Of a DNA stretch of 64,000 nt, positions 28,513-37,758 are shown piece after piece; within the stretch, counting starts at the first letter, position 1, and each line of letters starts with the position of its first letter. Below the pieces are notes generated by a model. That model was given only the letters and a program-made list of their open reading frames with translations. It was not told the origin of the DNA and did no database searches. The stretch spans positions 43,445 to 107,444 of the forward strand of contig CAVYUC010000017.1 in the NCBI GenBank assembly GCA_963771595.1. Reading direction: 5' to 3'. The stretch comes from an uncultured Prolixibacteraceae bacterium (GTDB lineage: Bacteria > Bacteroidota > Bacteroidia > Bacteroidales > Prolixibacteraceae). A program made the translations under genes and the position numbers.

Positions 28513-29436
28513 TTAATTTTTATTGACCTGATACGTGCAATCCCCTTTTTCAAAAAAGGCAACGATTTGTTCGGCGGCTGCAATACCTGCATTTAAATTG
28601 GCTTCGGCTGTTTGTGCACCTGCTTTTTTGGGAGTAAAGAAATAACGTCCTTCAAACTTTTCCCTGAAAATATTTTCGCAATCGGGCGTGACGTCCGACA
28701 TGTATTTCAATCCTGGTTTTTCTTCCATTATTTTCACCAGATCCGCCTCATTGATCACTTCCTTGCGCGCTGTATTTACTATGATGCTTCCATCTTTTAA
28801 ATGCTGAAGAATCTCGCAGGTAACCGAACCGATATGTTCGCCTTTTGCAGGAACATGAATGGAAATGATATCACTTTTCTCGTAAAGTTGTTCCAGCGAA
28901 TTGGTGACTTTTAAACCAATGGCCGCCGCTGCATGTTTGCTGTACCGCGTATAAACAATCACTTTCATTCCCATTGCACGGGCAATCCGGAATACATTCC
29001 GCGCTACAAAACCAAAACCATGCAACCCCAGGGTACGGCCGCGCAATTCGCCGCCAGGTTTGCCGCTAAACATCTCCCGGATACCGAAAATAGCAAGTCC
29101 GATGGCCAGTTCGGCAACAGCATTTGAATTTTGGCCCGGCGTATTCATGACCACCACCCCATTTTTTGAAGCTGTTTCCAAATCCACATTATCATAACCA
29201 GCCCCGGCACGAACTACAATTTTAAGGTTTTTGGCAGCATTCAACACTTCAGCATCAAACCTGTCGCTTCTAATGACAGCCGCTTCGGCTTCAGAAACCG
29301 CCTTTAACAACTCCTGTTTCGAACTGTAGCTTTCAAGAACCTCCGGCTGGTATCCGGCTTTTGTAAATATCTTACTGATTTTTTTTACTGCAACCGGCGA
29401 AAACGGTTTTTCTGTAGCAATTAATATTTTTCTCAT
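28513..29436 (-). CDS. serA: D-3-phosphoglycerate dehydrogenase / D-2-hydroxyacid dehydrogenase (short form, no ACT domain)
   Basis: It has the NAD-binding motif LGLHGFGFVARNV, then RAGAGYDNVD. It sits between serC and DUF1015. Confidence 0.8.
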   Translation of the reverse strand: MRKILIATEKPFSPVAVKKISKIFTKAGYQPEVLESYSSKQELLKAVSEAEAAVIRSDRFDAEVLNAAKNLKIVVRAGAGYDNVDLETASKNGVVVMNTPGQNSNAVAELAIGLAIFGIREMFSGKPGGELRGRTLGLHGFGFVARNVFRIARAMGMKVIVYTRYSKHAAAAIGLKVTNSLEQLYEKSDIISIHVPAKGEHIGSVTCEILQHLKDGSIIVNTARKEVINEADLVKIMEEKPGLKYMSDVTPDCENIFREKFEGRYFFTPKKAGAQTAEANLNAGIAAAEQIVAFFEKGDCTYQVNKN

Positions 29437-29570
29437 TCTTCAGGTTTTTTTGTGCAGAAAAAATGCAGGATTTTGTCCTGCATCTTTTCTTATGAATTAT
29501 TAATTATCAAAGTTTTTTCCTGTTGTTGTAAAATAAAAATTACTGAGATAATTGAATATTGGCATATACT

Positions 29571-30641
29571 TTATTTCGATTTTTCAAATTCTTTCATGGA
29601 ATCAATCAACGCCTGCACACTTTCGAACGGCATGGCATTATAAATTGATGCCCTGAAACCGCCTACTGAACGATGGCCTTTAATGCCTACCATTCCACGT
29701 GCGGTGGCTAAATCAAGGTATTCCTTTTCAAGCTCTGTATATTCCGGAGTCATAACAAAAGTTACATTCATTCTTGAACGATCCGCAGCATCCGGTACTG
29801 TTGGCAAAAAGAGTTTGTTCCTGTCGAGCTCTGCATAAAGTGCCTCAGCTTTTGCAATATTCTTTTTCTCCATTTCTTCCACTCCACCATTTTCCTTCAG
29901 CCAAATTAAGGTTTGCAGACAGGCATAAACCGGTAAAGTTGCAGGTGTGTTGAACATAGAACCGTTATCGATGTGGGTTTTGTAATTTAAAATGGTTGGA
30001 ATCTGTCTTTCCACTTTACCCAACAGCTCATCCTTTACAATAACCAGTGTTGCTCCCGATGGCCCCAGGTTTTTCTGCGCTCCGGCATAAATCAATGCAT
30101 ATTTCGAAACATCAATCGGACGGCTGAAAATATCTGACGACATGTCAGAAACCAGCGGAACAGCTACTTCCGGATCTTTCAGTATTTCTGTACCAAAAAT
30201 GGTATTGTTGGATGTGTAATGAAAATATTCAGCATCTGCCGGCACCTTATAATTTTTCGGAATATAATTGAAATTGGCATCTTTCGATGACGCTACTTCA
30301 ACCACTTCTCCAAAAAGTTTGGCTTCTTTAATGGCTTTTGATGCCCAGGAACCTGTATTTAAATATGCTGCCTTTTTGTTCAGCAGGTTGTAGGGAACCA
30401 TTAAAAACTGGGTGCTGGCACCGCCCTGCAAAAAAAGCATAGAATACCCTTCGGGAACGTGCAGAAGTTCTTTTACAAGAGATTGTGCCTGATCCATTAC
30501 AGCGACAAATTCTTTGCTGCGATGGGAAACTTCCATCACCGAAAGACCGGTGCCTGCAAAATTAATAGTGGCTTCAGCAGTTTTTTCCTTGGTAAATTCG
30601 GGCAAAATTGAAGGCCCTGCATAAAAATTGTGTTTTTTCAT
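29571..30641 (-). CDS. serC: Phosphoserine aminotransferase
   Basis: It starts [14 protein letters not shown], with SHRSKEF and [10 protein letters not shown] (PLP lysine). The ATG at 30641 is preferred over the longer ORF. Confidence 0.9.
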   Translation of the reverse strand: MKKHNFYAGPSILPEFTKEKTAEATINFAGTGLSVMEVSHRSKEFVAVMDQAQSLVKELLHVPEGYSMLFLQGGASTQFLMVPYNLLNKKAAYLNTGSWASKAIKEAKLFGEVVEVASSKDANFNYIPKNYKVPADAEYFHYTSNNTIFGTEILKDPEVAVPLVSDMSSDIFSRPIDVSKYALIYAGAQKNLGPSGATLVIVKDELLGKVERQIPTILNYKTHIDNGSMFNTPATLPVYACLQTLIWLKENGGVEEMEKKNIAKAEALYAELDRNKLFLPTVPDAADRSRMNVTFVMTPEYTELEKEYLDLATARGMVGIKGHRSVGGFRASIYNAMPFESVQALIDSMKEFEKSK

Positions 30642-31055
30642 TGTTACAACTGTTTTACGTAAATTAATAATACCTTTTGTTGCAAACACCAAAGCAAAGT
30701 TCGCAATTAGTTGATGGTTTGCAGATGAGAAAAATCAATATTTTATAAAAACCTGAATCATTTTGGAATGATAAACAACACATAATCAGGTGACAGAAAT
30801 CATTTTTCCGGTCATTTTCCTTTTAAAGCTGTCTTGATCAATTCATTAATTCCTCTACAAATTTATTGGAATCCTTATAAGAATATCATTTTTTGAAAAA
30901 GAAATAACTTCAGGTGTAATTATTTAAAAGATACTTAAATTTTTACTTAAAAAAAAGAGGTTGTCCCGAGAGGGCAGCTAAAGAGTTTCCACTTATATCT
31001 GCAGACAATGCATTGATTCATTATTGCATTAATGCGGGAATAAGAAAGAATTTGC

Positions 31056-31273
31056 GACAGATTCACAGATTTAAAAATATTAATAGGCATGAAAAAATCA
31101 GGAAAACAATTAATCTGTGTTTTTCTATCTAATCTGTGGTAAAAAAGAACCAACCACAGATAACGCAGATTTGCACAGATTTTAATTTTAAAATAAACTT
31201 TTGAAAGATTAACAAATATTCGTGTTCATTCGTGGCATTTGTGGCTAAAAAACTTCGCCACTGATTCACAGAT
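31056..31273. repeat. Cluster of CACAGAT/ATCTGTG heptamers and TTCGTG/TTTGTGGC(T)AAAAAA motifs
   Basis: CACAGAT occurs at 31065, 31155, 31174 and 31267. ATCTGTG occurs at 31113 and 31132. ATCTGTGG (31132-31139) and CCACAGAT (31154-31161) form an 8-bp inverted repeat. TTCGTGTTCATTCGTGGCATTTGTGGCTAAAAAA lies at 31219-31252. Confidence 0.7.
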
Positions 31274-31284
31274 TTTAATGTATT

Positions 31285-31317
31285 AAAAAGGCTGCCTCCA
31301 CAGGAAACAGCCTTTTT
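31285..31317 (-). terminator. Terminator hairpin downstream of gcvT (A/T-flanked, potentially bidirectional)
   Basis: AAAAAGGCTG-13 nt-CAGCCTTTTT lies 22 nt after the gcvT stop. Confidence 0.65.
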
Positions 31318-31338
31318 GTATTTGCAATCTGCGATATT

Positions 31339-32422
31339 TTAGATAAAAGGTAATTTCACGATTTCGGCAGGAATGGATTTGTTCCTGATTTTTACAAATA
31401 TTTGTGTTCCAAAAGCAGAATATTCTTTTGCAACGTAACCCATTCCAATTCCTTTGTTCAACACCGGCGAAATGGTTCCTGAAGTGACTATTCCAATATC
31501 AGAACCTTCAGAATTTAACAACTGGTAGCCATGCCTTGGAATTCCTCTCTCCTTCACAACAAAACCGCGTAATCTTCTGGTAACTCCTTCATTTTTTTGC
31601 ATGGTCAGAAATTCGCGATCGATAAACTGGCGGCCGTTGTTAAACTTGGTAATCCATCCCAATCCGGCTTCAATTGGCGATGTATCATCGTCGATATCAT
31701 TTCCGTATAGGCAGTACCCCATTTCGAGGCGAAGGGTATCGCGTGCACCCAATCCAACCGGCTGAATATTAAATTCACTTCCGGCTTCGAATATGGCATT
31801 CCATATTTTCTCTGCATGTTTCATTGCTAAAATAGAGTTCAAAACCTCCGGCTCCGGTATATCCGGTTGCCGAAATTATGACATCATCAACACCAGCAAA
31901 GCGGCCGGTTACGAAATTGTAAAACACAATCTCCGATAAATTTACATCAGTAAGTTTCTGCAGCGTTTTTGCTGCATTTGGCCCCTGCACTGCCAACTGG
32001 CTGATTTTGTCACTGGCATTTATCAGTTCTGCGCCCACATCATTTTGCAAAACAACCCATTTCCAGTCCTTTTCGATATTTGAAGCATTTACCACCATCA
32101 AATATTTTTCATTATCGAAACAATAAACGAGCAAATCATCAACTATTCCGCCCCTGCCGTTTGGGAAACAGGTATACTGTGCCTGACCAGGTTTAAGAAT
32201 GGTAGGATCGTTTGATGATAATTTTTTAATGAGAGCCAGAGCATTCGGCCCCAGCACCCAAAATTCGCCCATATGGGAAACGTCAAAAACTCCGACAGAA
32301 TGGCGAACAGCAAGGTGTTCATCTTTAATTCCACTATACTCAACCGGCATTTCATATCCGGCAAATTCTACCATTTTGGCTCCTGCCTGCTTGTGTAATT
32401 TGTTAAATGCAGTGATTTTCAT
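31339..32422 (-). pseudogene. gcvT: Glycine cleavage system aminomethyltransferase GcvT, split by a 1-nt frameshift
   Basis: The N-terminal part (32422-31775) reads [29 protein letters not shown]...[16 protein letters not shown]. The C-terminal part (31842-31339) continues [13 protein letters not shown]...[13 protein letters not shown] in the other frame. The junction is at the T3/A3 run 31819-31822. Confidence 0.85.
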
Positions 32423-32444
32423 TTGATTTCACGAGTTAAATGTG

Positions 32445-32452
32445 CAAAGCTA
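32445..32452 (-). promoter_or_regulatory. Candidate -7 box (TAGCTTTG) for gcvT
   Basis: The minus strand TAGCTTTG matches TAnnTTTG, 22 nt upstream of the ATG. No convincing -33 TTG was found. Confidence 0.3.
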
Positions 32453-32564
32453 AAAATTCAGATAATGTATACACATGAAATTTATCAGCGTTTAAAAACT
32501 TTGATAATTCAAATAATTCTGTAAATTGCGCTCCTGTTTCTTGAAGAATTATGGACGAAGAATT

Positions 32565-32918
32565 ATGGACACTAAACTGCTACACATTGATTTAACTTAT
32601 GTTGAGGAAATTGCCGGTGGTGACAATGAATTTATAAATGAGCTTATCGGCATTTTTATTTGTCAGATTCCGGATTTTATTGCAAACCTTCAAAAATATC
32701 TGTCTGACAATAATTTGGCTGACCTTGCCAAAGAAGCGCATACCGCAAAATCATCGGCATTAATATTCAGAATGGAAGAAACCGGAAAAATATTGAAAAA
32801 GATACAACTGGCGGCCGAAAAACAGGAAACGGACGAAATTCCGGAATTCATAGAAACTGTAAAATCAGATTTTGATGGTGCAATTAATGAACTGACTGCC
32901 GTTTTAAAAAGATCGTAA
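32565..32918 (+). CDS. Stand-alone Hpt (histidine phosphotransfer) domain protein
   Basis: It is ~117 aa and helical, with the phospho-His context KEAHTAKSSALIF (HxxKxS). The ATG at 32565 is preferred. Confidence 0.65.
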   Translation: MDTKLLHIDLTYVEEIAGGDNEFINELIGIFICQIPDFIANLQKYLSDNNLADLAKEAHTAKSSALIFRMEETGKILKKIQLAAEKQETDEIPEFIETVKSDFDGAINELTAVLKRS

Positions 32919-32960
32919 AACAATTTCAATTCATTCATACCATTCAATTTCAACATATTC

Positions 32961-33012
32961 AAAAAAAAAAATTCATTCCCCGGTGAAAGGAAATGAACCT
33001 TTTATTTTTTTT
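32961..33012. terminator. Bidirectional terminator between convergent Hpt and BI-1-like genes
   Basis: The layout is A10 - TTCATTCC...GGAAATGAA hairpin (one bulge) - CCTTTTATTTTTTTT. Confidence 0.5.
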
Positions 33013-33023
33013 AAATGATTCCA

Positions 33024-33794
33024 TTAATTCCTGCTGGCCAGTTTAGACAATAACCGCAGAATTTCGAGGTAAAGCCATACCAAAGTTACCATTAAACCAA
33101 AAGCCCCGTACCATTCCATGTATTTGGGAGCGCCGGATTCCGAAGCCCTTTCAATAAATGAAAAATCGAGCACCAGGTTTAAGGCAGCAACAGCTACCAC
33201 CACCAAACTAAAACCAATGCTGAAATTACTGTTTCCGTAAAGAAAACCCATTTGAACGCCAAATAATCCGGCAATAAAACCAACAAGGTAAACCAGTGCA
33301 ATACCAGCTGTGGCGGCAAAAACACCCAGCATAAATTTCCGGGTAACTTTTATTATTCCCGAACGATACAAAAACAGCATGGCTGCAAACACCGCCAGTG
33401 TTAATGCAACTGCCCGCATTACTATTCCGGTGTACATCGACTCAAAAACGGCTGATAAACCGCCCAGCAACAATCCCTCGAAAACGGCATAAATTGGCGC
33501 CGATATTCCTGAACTTTGCGGACGAAAAACAGTAACCAGCACTGTTATAAAGCCGCCAATTCCTCCAACCAAAAGCCATGGCCCGACGGCGCCAAATGCG
33601 GCTTCCGGATTTGATGCGGCAGCATCAAAAAATTTATTCCATGTAAACAGGGCCGACGCAACCAGCAACAACAACATCAAAGCGGTTTTATTTACCGTTC
33701 CGCTTACTGTCATTACTTCACCCGAAGCAGCATATCCCCTGTCAAAAACCCGCTCTTTAAATACCGGGTTTGATGTTTTTGAAATATTCATCAT
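33024..33794 (-). CDS. Bax-inhibitor-1/YccA-like membrane protein (COG4760-type)
   Basis: It has N-terminal SNPVFK...MTVSGTVNKT followed by ~7 TM helices, and a charged C-terminus. Confidence 0.6.
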   Translation of the reverse strand: MMNISKTSNPVFKERVFDRGYAASGEVMTVSGTVNKTALMLLLLVASALFTWNKFFDAAASNPEAAFGAVGPWLLVGGIGGFITVLVTVFRPQSSGISAPIYAVFEGLLLGGLSAVFESMYTGIVMRAVALTLAVFAAMLFLYRSGIIKVTRKFMLGVFAATAGIALVYLVGFIAGLFGVQMGFLYGNSNFSIGFSLVVVAVAALNLVLDFSFIERASESGAPKYMEWYGAFGLMVTLVWLYLEILRLLSKLASRN

Positions 33795-33944
33795 TTTTTC
33801 AACATTTAATTAATATTCAACCCAAATTTTTTGGTGAAACCTGAAAGCAAAAAACCTGCCATCGAAGTTTTTATGACATTTTTACCTGAAAACTGCATAG
33901 CAACTTTAAATAGCGGGTATAAAAAAGCTTGATCTTATAAAATC

Positions 33945-34649
33945 CTACTCATCAAAAACATCATGAAAATGACTGCCGGTAAGTTCCTCAAATAATTCTT
34001 CACCTAATTTTACTGCATTTTCAGAATTTTGCTGCTGCAGGGTTACGGCAAATTCAACCACCTGTTCATTCATACATTTTGAGCGGGTGCCAAGCGCCAG
34101 CAGTGAGCGGTACAAAGGAGTGTACAGCTTGCCGTCTTTGGCCAGCGCAGGCAACTCTTCAAAAAAAGGTTCAAACATTTCGTCGATGGCATTTTTCTCC
34201 ACCAACGCAAGTCTGCCCATCAGATGAATTCCGGTATAGCGCACCAGGTGTTTTTTTCCCCTGCACCATTCCAATGCTTTTACAAAGGCAAACCTTGTTT
34301 TTACATACAGATTGGCAGAAGTCTGTTCGGCAATTTCGCTGTTTTCGAAACTTTTTGTCCAGAAATCCATTTGCTCTTCCGAAACCTGTTGTGGTTCGTC
34401 GAGCATTGTTGCCAGAATCATGGTTTCGCGCCACTGCTTGTTCCAGAGTTTTAATGCCAGCAGGTGATCCGGTTGAAACCCGCGGGCAATTTCGCGCAAT
34501 TCAATCAGCGAAACACCCCAGTTCATTTTGTAAATTATTCCTTTTTGTTTCATTAAACCGGCCACATCTCCGTTTTTTCGCGATGGAACAATTGAAATTA
34601 TGTGCTGAAATTTCTGTTCGCTTTCCTGGTTATCGATAATAAAATCCAT
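33945..34649 (-). CDS. DNA alkylation repair protein (HEAT-repeat, AlkC/AlkD-like family)
   Basis: It is all-helical and ~234 aa, with LALKLWNKQWRETMILATML and similar HEAT-like repeats. The ATG at 34649 is preferred. Confidence 0.55.
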   Translation of the reverse strand: MDFIIDNQESEQKFQHIISIVPSRKNGDVAGLMKQKGIIYKMNWGVSLIELREIARGFQPDHLLALKLWNKQWRETMILATMLDEPQQVSEEQMDFWTKSFENSEIAEQTSANLYVKTRFAFVKALEWCRGKKHLVRYTGIHLMGRLALVEKNAIDEMFEPFFEELPALAKDGKLYTPLYRSLLALGTRSKCMNEQVVEFAVTLQQQNSENAVKLGEELFEELTGSHFHDVFDE

Positions 34650-34743
34650 AGTTAAATTTCTGAACTGCAAAACTAGCACAAATGTAATTATTGAGATATC
34701 AATTTGAAAAGATTAAATTTGCCGTTGCTGAATCGTACCTAAA

Positions 34744-36057
34744 TTGATTTATAAAAATTACATCAACAACATTTCGGGGCTCCAGGGATTTCAACTGCTT
34801 CGTTTTGGCACGCTGCTGCTAATCAGCATTGCATTTGCAAAAAGCAACCTTCCAACGGCATCCATCGGAAATTACGAAGTTTTCCTTTTTGTTACCACCC
34901 TGTTTTGTTCGTTCTGGATAAACGGCCTCATCCAGTCGTTTTTGCCGGTTTACAAAAACAATAACACCTTTAAAACCCGCAGCAATAAATCGCCCGAAAT
35001 ATTCAATGCGTTCGTACTGTTAAGTTTTTTAAGCATTCTGGCTATCCTTGTTTTGGTGGTTTTTAAACAGCCGCTTTCCGGCGTTCTCACCGACACCGGA
35101 GCAATTCCATACTTTCAGTTCATCCTGCTGTTTATTTTTTTCAGCAGCCCCTCGTTTTTAATCGAATACATTTATTTGCTGAAAAATAAACCCGGCTCCA
35201 TATTAATTTACGGTATAACTACATTTACTGTTCAGCTGATTGTTGTTGCACTGCCGGCACTGCTGGGCTACAGCATGGAAATTTCAATTTGGGGAATGGT
35301 TGCCATTTCGGTGGTGCGGTACATCTGGTTGCTTATTTTACTGAATAAATATTCGCAGTGGTATTTTTCGGCAGATTTTTTAAAAGAACACATTCACTTT
35401 GCCTATCCTTTAATAATAAGCACTTTACTTGGCAGCTCGGCCGGTTATGTGGATAGTTTTCTGGTGCTGCACCAATTTGATTCGGCCACTTTTGCCATTT
35501 TCCGCTATGGCGCCAGGGAATTTCCGCTGGTTTTGTTAATGGCAAATGCATTAAGTACTGCCATGATTCCCGAATTCTCCAATCCCGAAAAGTTTAGGGA
35601 TACCTTATTTTCGCTTCGGAAAAAAACAATGAAACTGATGCACCTCCTTTTTCCGGTAACCATTGTATTCCTGATTTTCAGCAACTGGCTTTACCCGCGC
35701 ATTTTTAATCCTGATTTTACTGAAAGCGCCGTAATATTCAATATTTATTTGCTCCTGATTATCAGCAGGCTCCTTTTTCCGCACACCATTTTAATCGGGT
35801 TGAAAAAAACTAAAATGATAATGTATGCCTCGCTTGCCGAACTCATCATCAACATTATTCTCAGCATTCTGTTTATCAGTTTTTGGGGAATTGAAGGTGT
35901 TGCTTTTGCAACAATAATAGCGTTTGCCGTTCAAAAAATAATCTGGCTGGCTTACAATAAAAAAGTACTAAGAATTTCTGCCGGAGATTATATCCCGCTA
36001 AAAACTCTTGCTTTATATTCTTTAATAACTTTGGTCGTTTTCTTTATCGTTTACTGA
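34744..36057 (+). CDS. Polysaccharide/oligosaccharide flippase (MOP/Wzx-like)
   Basis: It is ~437 aa with 12-14 TM helices and no soluble domains. It has a TTG start. Confidence 0.65.
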   Translation: MIYKNYINNISGLQGFQLLRFGTLLLISIAFAKSNLPTASIGNYEVFLFVTTLFCSFWINGLIQSFLPVYKNNNTFKTRSNKSPEIFNAFVLLSFLSILAILVLVVFKQPLSGVLTDTGAIPYFQFILLFIFFSSPSFLIEYIYLLKNKPGSILIYGITTFTVQLIVVALPALLGYSMEISIWGMVAISVVRYIWLLILLNKYSQWYFSADFLKEHIHFAYPLIISTLLGSSAGYVDSFLVLHQFDSATFAIFRYGAREFPLVLLMANALSTAMIPEFSNPEKFRDTLFSLRKKTMKLMHLLFPVTIVFLIFSNWLYPRIFNPDFTESAVIFNIYLLLIISRLLFPHTILIGLKKTKMIMYASLAELIINIILSILFISFWGIEGVAFATIIAFAVQKIIWLAYNKKVLRISAGDYIPLKTLALYSLITLVVFFIVY

Positions 36058-36075
36058 AGTTTTTTAACAGGAAAT

Positions 36076-36990
36076 ATGAAAGATCAAAAATTACCTGAAA
36101 TATTAAAGTGCATTCATTGCGGACATGAAGGATTAAATTCTGGTGGAAAACAGTTAGCTTGTCCCGAGTGCAACCGTGAATATCCTGTTTCGGAAAATGT
36201 TCCTGTTTTACTTCCGGAAAAAGAGAATGCTGAAATGGAAAAATCCGGTATTCATCAGAAACTGGGCACTACTTTTAATTATATCGACCACTATCAGAAA
36301 GATGCATTTGAATCGGATTATTTTGCAGAACGCGATGCCGGAACCGAACACAGCGACAAAAGGGTTTGGCAGTATATTGCCTCCGAAATCAATGGAAACG
36401 AAGGAAGGATTCTGGATGTTGGCTGCGGAAAAGCATGGGTTGCCGGTTTATTTTGCCCAAAAGGTTTCGAAGTGGTTTCCATGGACATTTCACTGCGGAA
36501 TACTTCAAAGGCATTAAAGTTGCATCCACATAAAAATCATGCGGCAGTTGTTGCCGATGTATTTTCGCTGCCGTTTGCACAAAATTCGTTCGATTACATT
36601 ATTGCTTCCGAAATTATTGAGCACGTGCAGGATCCGCAGCTTTTTACCGAAAAATTGATTTATGCACTGAAACCGGGCGGCAAATTAATTGTGACAACAC
36701 CATATAAAGAGAAGCTGCAATATTCACTTTGCATCCATTGCAACAAACCAACGCCTATGCATGCACATATTCACTCATTCAACGAAAAAATACTGACAAC
36801 ACTTTACAAGGGCAGCGACTTAAAATCAGTTCATTATAAAACTTTCATCAGTAAAATAGCGGTGCATTTCAGGTTACATATTGTTTTTAAACATCTGGGA
36901 TTCAGCTGGTGGAAAAACCTTGACAAAATGTTAAACCGCTTGTATAATTCGCCAACGCGCATAATGGTAGTTTGGAAAAAATCGACCTGA
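36076..36990 (+). CDS. Class I SAM-dependent methyltransferase with N-terminal Trm112-like zinc ribbon
   Basis: The zinc ribbon is CIHCGH...CPECNREYPVSENVPVLLP. SAM motif I is ILDVGCGKAW and post-I is ALKPGGKLIVTTP. Confidence 0.8.
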   Translation: MKDQKLPEILKCIHCGHEGLNSGGKQLACPECNREYPVSENVPVLLPEKENAEMEKSGIHQKLGTTFNYIDHYQKDAFESDYFAERDAGTEHSDKRVWQYIASEINGNEGRILDVGCGKAWVAGLFCPKGFEVVSMDISLRNTSKALKLHPHKNHAAVVADVFSLPFAQNSFDYIIASEIIEHVQDPQLFTEKLIYALKPGGKLIVTTPYKEKLQYSLCIHCNKPTPMHAHIHSFNEKILTTLYKGSDLKSVHYKTFISKIAVHFRLHIVFKHLGFSWWKNLDKMLNRLYNSPTRIMVVWKKST

Positions 36991-36993
36991 AAA

Positions 36994-37758
36994 TTAATAT
37001 ATTGGCGAGGTGTATAACGATTCAAGCCGGTTAATAATGCTTCTGGAAGCAGGAAGTTCCCACGATTTTCCTTCAAAATACATCAGGCACTTCGACTTCT
37101 TTTTATCGATTTTGCGCAAATAATTTCTGTTAATGCAATATGCACGCCCAATCCTGAAAAAAAGCTGATTGTTAATAGTTTCCAGCGTTTCGTTTATACC
37201 GGTTTTAAGGATTACAGTTTCACCATTTGTGAGGGTAAGAATTGTTTTTGCACGTTCCGACTTGCAAAAAATAATCTCCTTCAGCAGCAAAACAATTATT
37301 CCAGTTTTTTGAAGGAAAACCCTTTTATCGGTTAAATCCTGTTTTCTGGCATAAATATCAAGTTTCCGTTTCAGTTCCTCCCGTTTAAACTGATTTTGGA
37401 GGCGTTCAATCATCTGCTTAATTTGTTCCGTATCCACCGGTGTTGCAATAAAATCGAGCGGCGCCAGTTTTAGCGAATCGTATGCAAGGCGCTCGTCCGG
37501 GGCAATGAAAACCACTCCGGGAAAATGATACCTTTTATGCAGTTGCTCCACAAATTCAAGCCCCGACATGTCTGAAAGTTCAACATTTACAAACAATAGT
37601 TGCGGCGCATAATTTAAAATTAATGCTATTGCCTTTTTGCTGCTGGTGGTGGCTGAAATTATGGATATTTCAGGCATTTTTTCCAACACTTCAACAAGAC
37701 GAGCCTGTTCCTGTGCTGATTTTGCCACTATTAAAGTTGTTATTTTATGTTCAAGCAT
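36994..37758 (-). CDS. LytTR DNA-binding regulator with degenerate (pseudo-)receiver domain
   Basis: It has a receiver-like fold, but the conserved positions read LIVAKS (DD lost), LFVNVEL (phospho-Asp to Asn), VFIAPD (S/T lost) and DFIATP (Lys to Thr). The C-terminal LytTR domain is intact (FFRIGRAYCINRNYL). Confidence 0.7.
   Translation of the reverse strand: MLEHKITTLIVAKSAQEQARLVEVLEKMPEISIISATTSSKKAIALILNYAPQLLFVNVELSDMSGLEFVEQLHKRYHFPGVVFIAPDERLAYDSLKLAPLDFIATPVDTEQIKQMIERLQNQFKREELKRKLDIYARKQDLTDKRVFLQKTGIIVLLLKEIIFCKSERAKTILTLTNGETVILKTGINETLETINNQLFFRIGRAYCINRNYLRKIDKKKSKCLMYFEGKSWELPASRSIINRLESLYTSPIY

Noticed and set aside
30949-30980. Possible minus-strand terminator (hairpin next to an A8/T8 run) that would define an sRNA between gcvT and serC.
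   Set aside because: The 7-bp stem relies on two G.U pairs on the plus strand, and these become A-C mismatches on the minus strand. On the plus strand the A-run precedes the hairpin rather than following it.
31775-31842. Programmed ribosomal frameshifting in gcvT, and similarly in the symporter at about 21350.
   Set aside because: There is no X_XXY_YYZ slippery heptamer and no downstream pseudoknot or stem. Neither gene family is known to use recoding. Both sites are short homopolymers typical of indels.
32423-32564. Glycine riboswitch upstream of gcvT, a common arrangement in other phyla.
   Set aside because: The 142-bp spacer is AT-rich and lacks the conserved GGAGAG...ACCGAAGGGGCAA cores on the gcvT strand. 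Only a TAnnTTTG-type promoter box lies 22 nt from the ATG.
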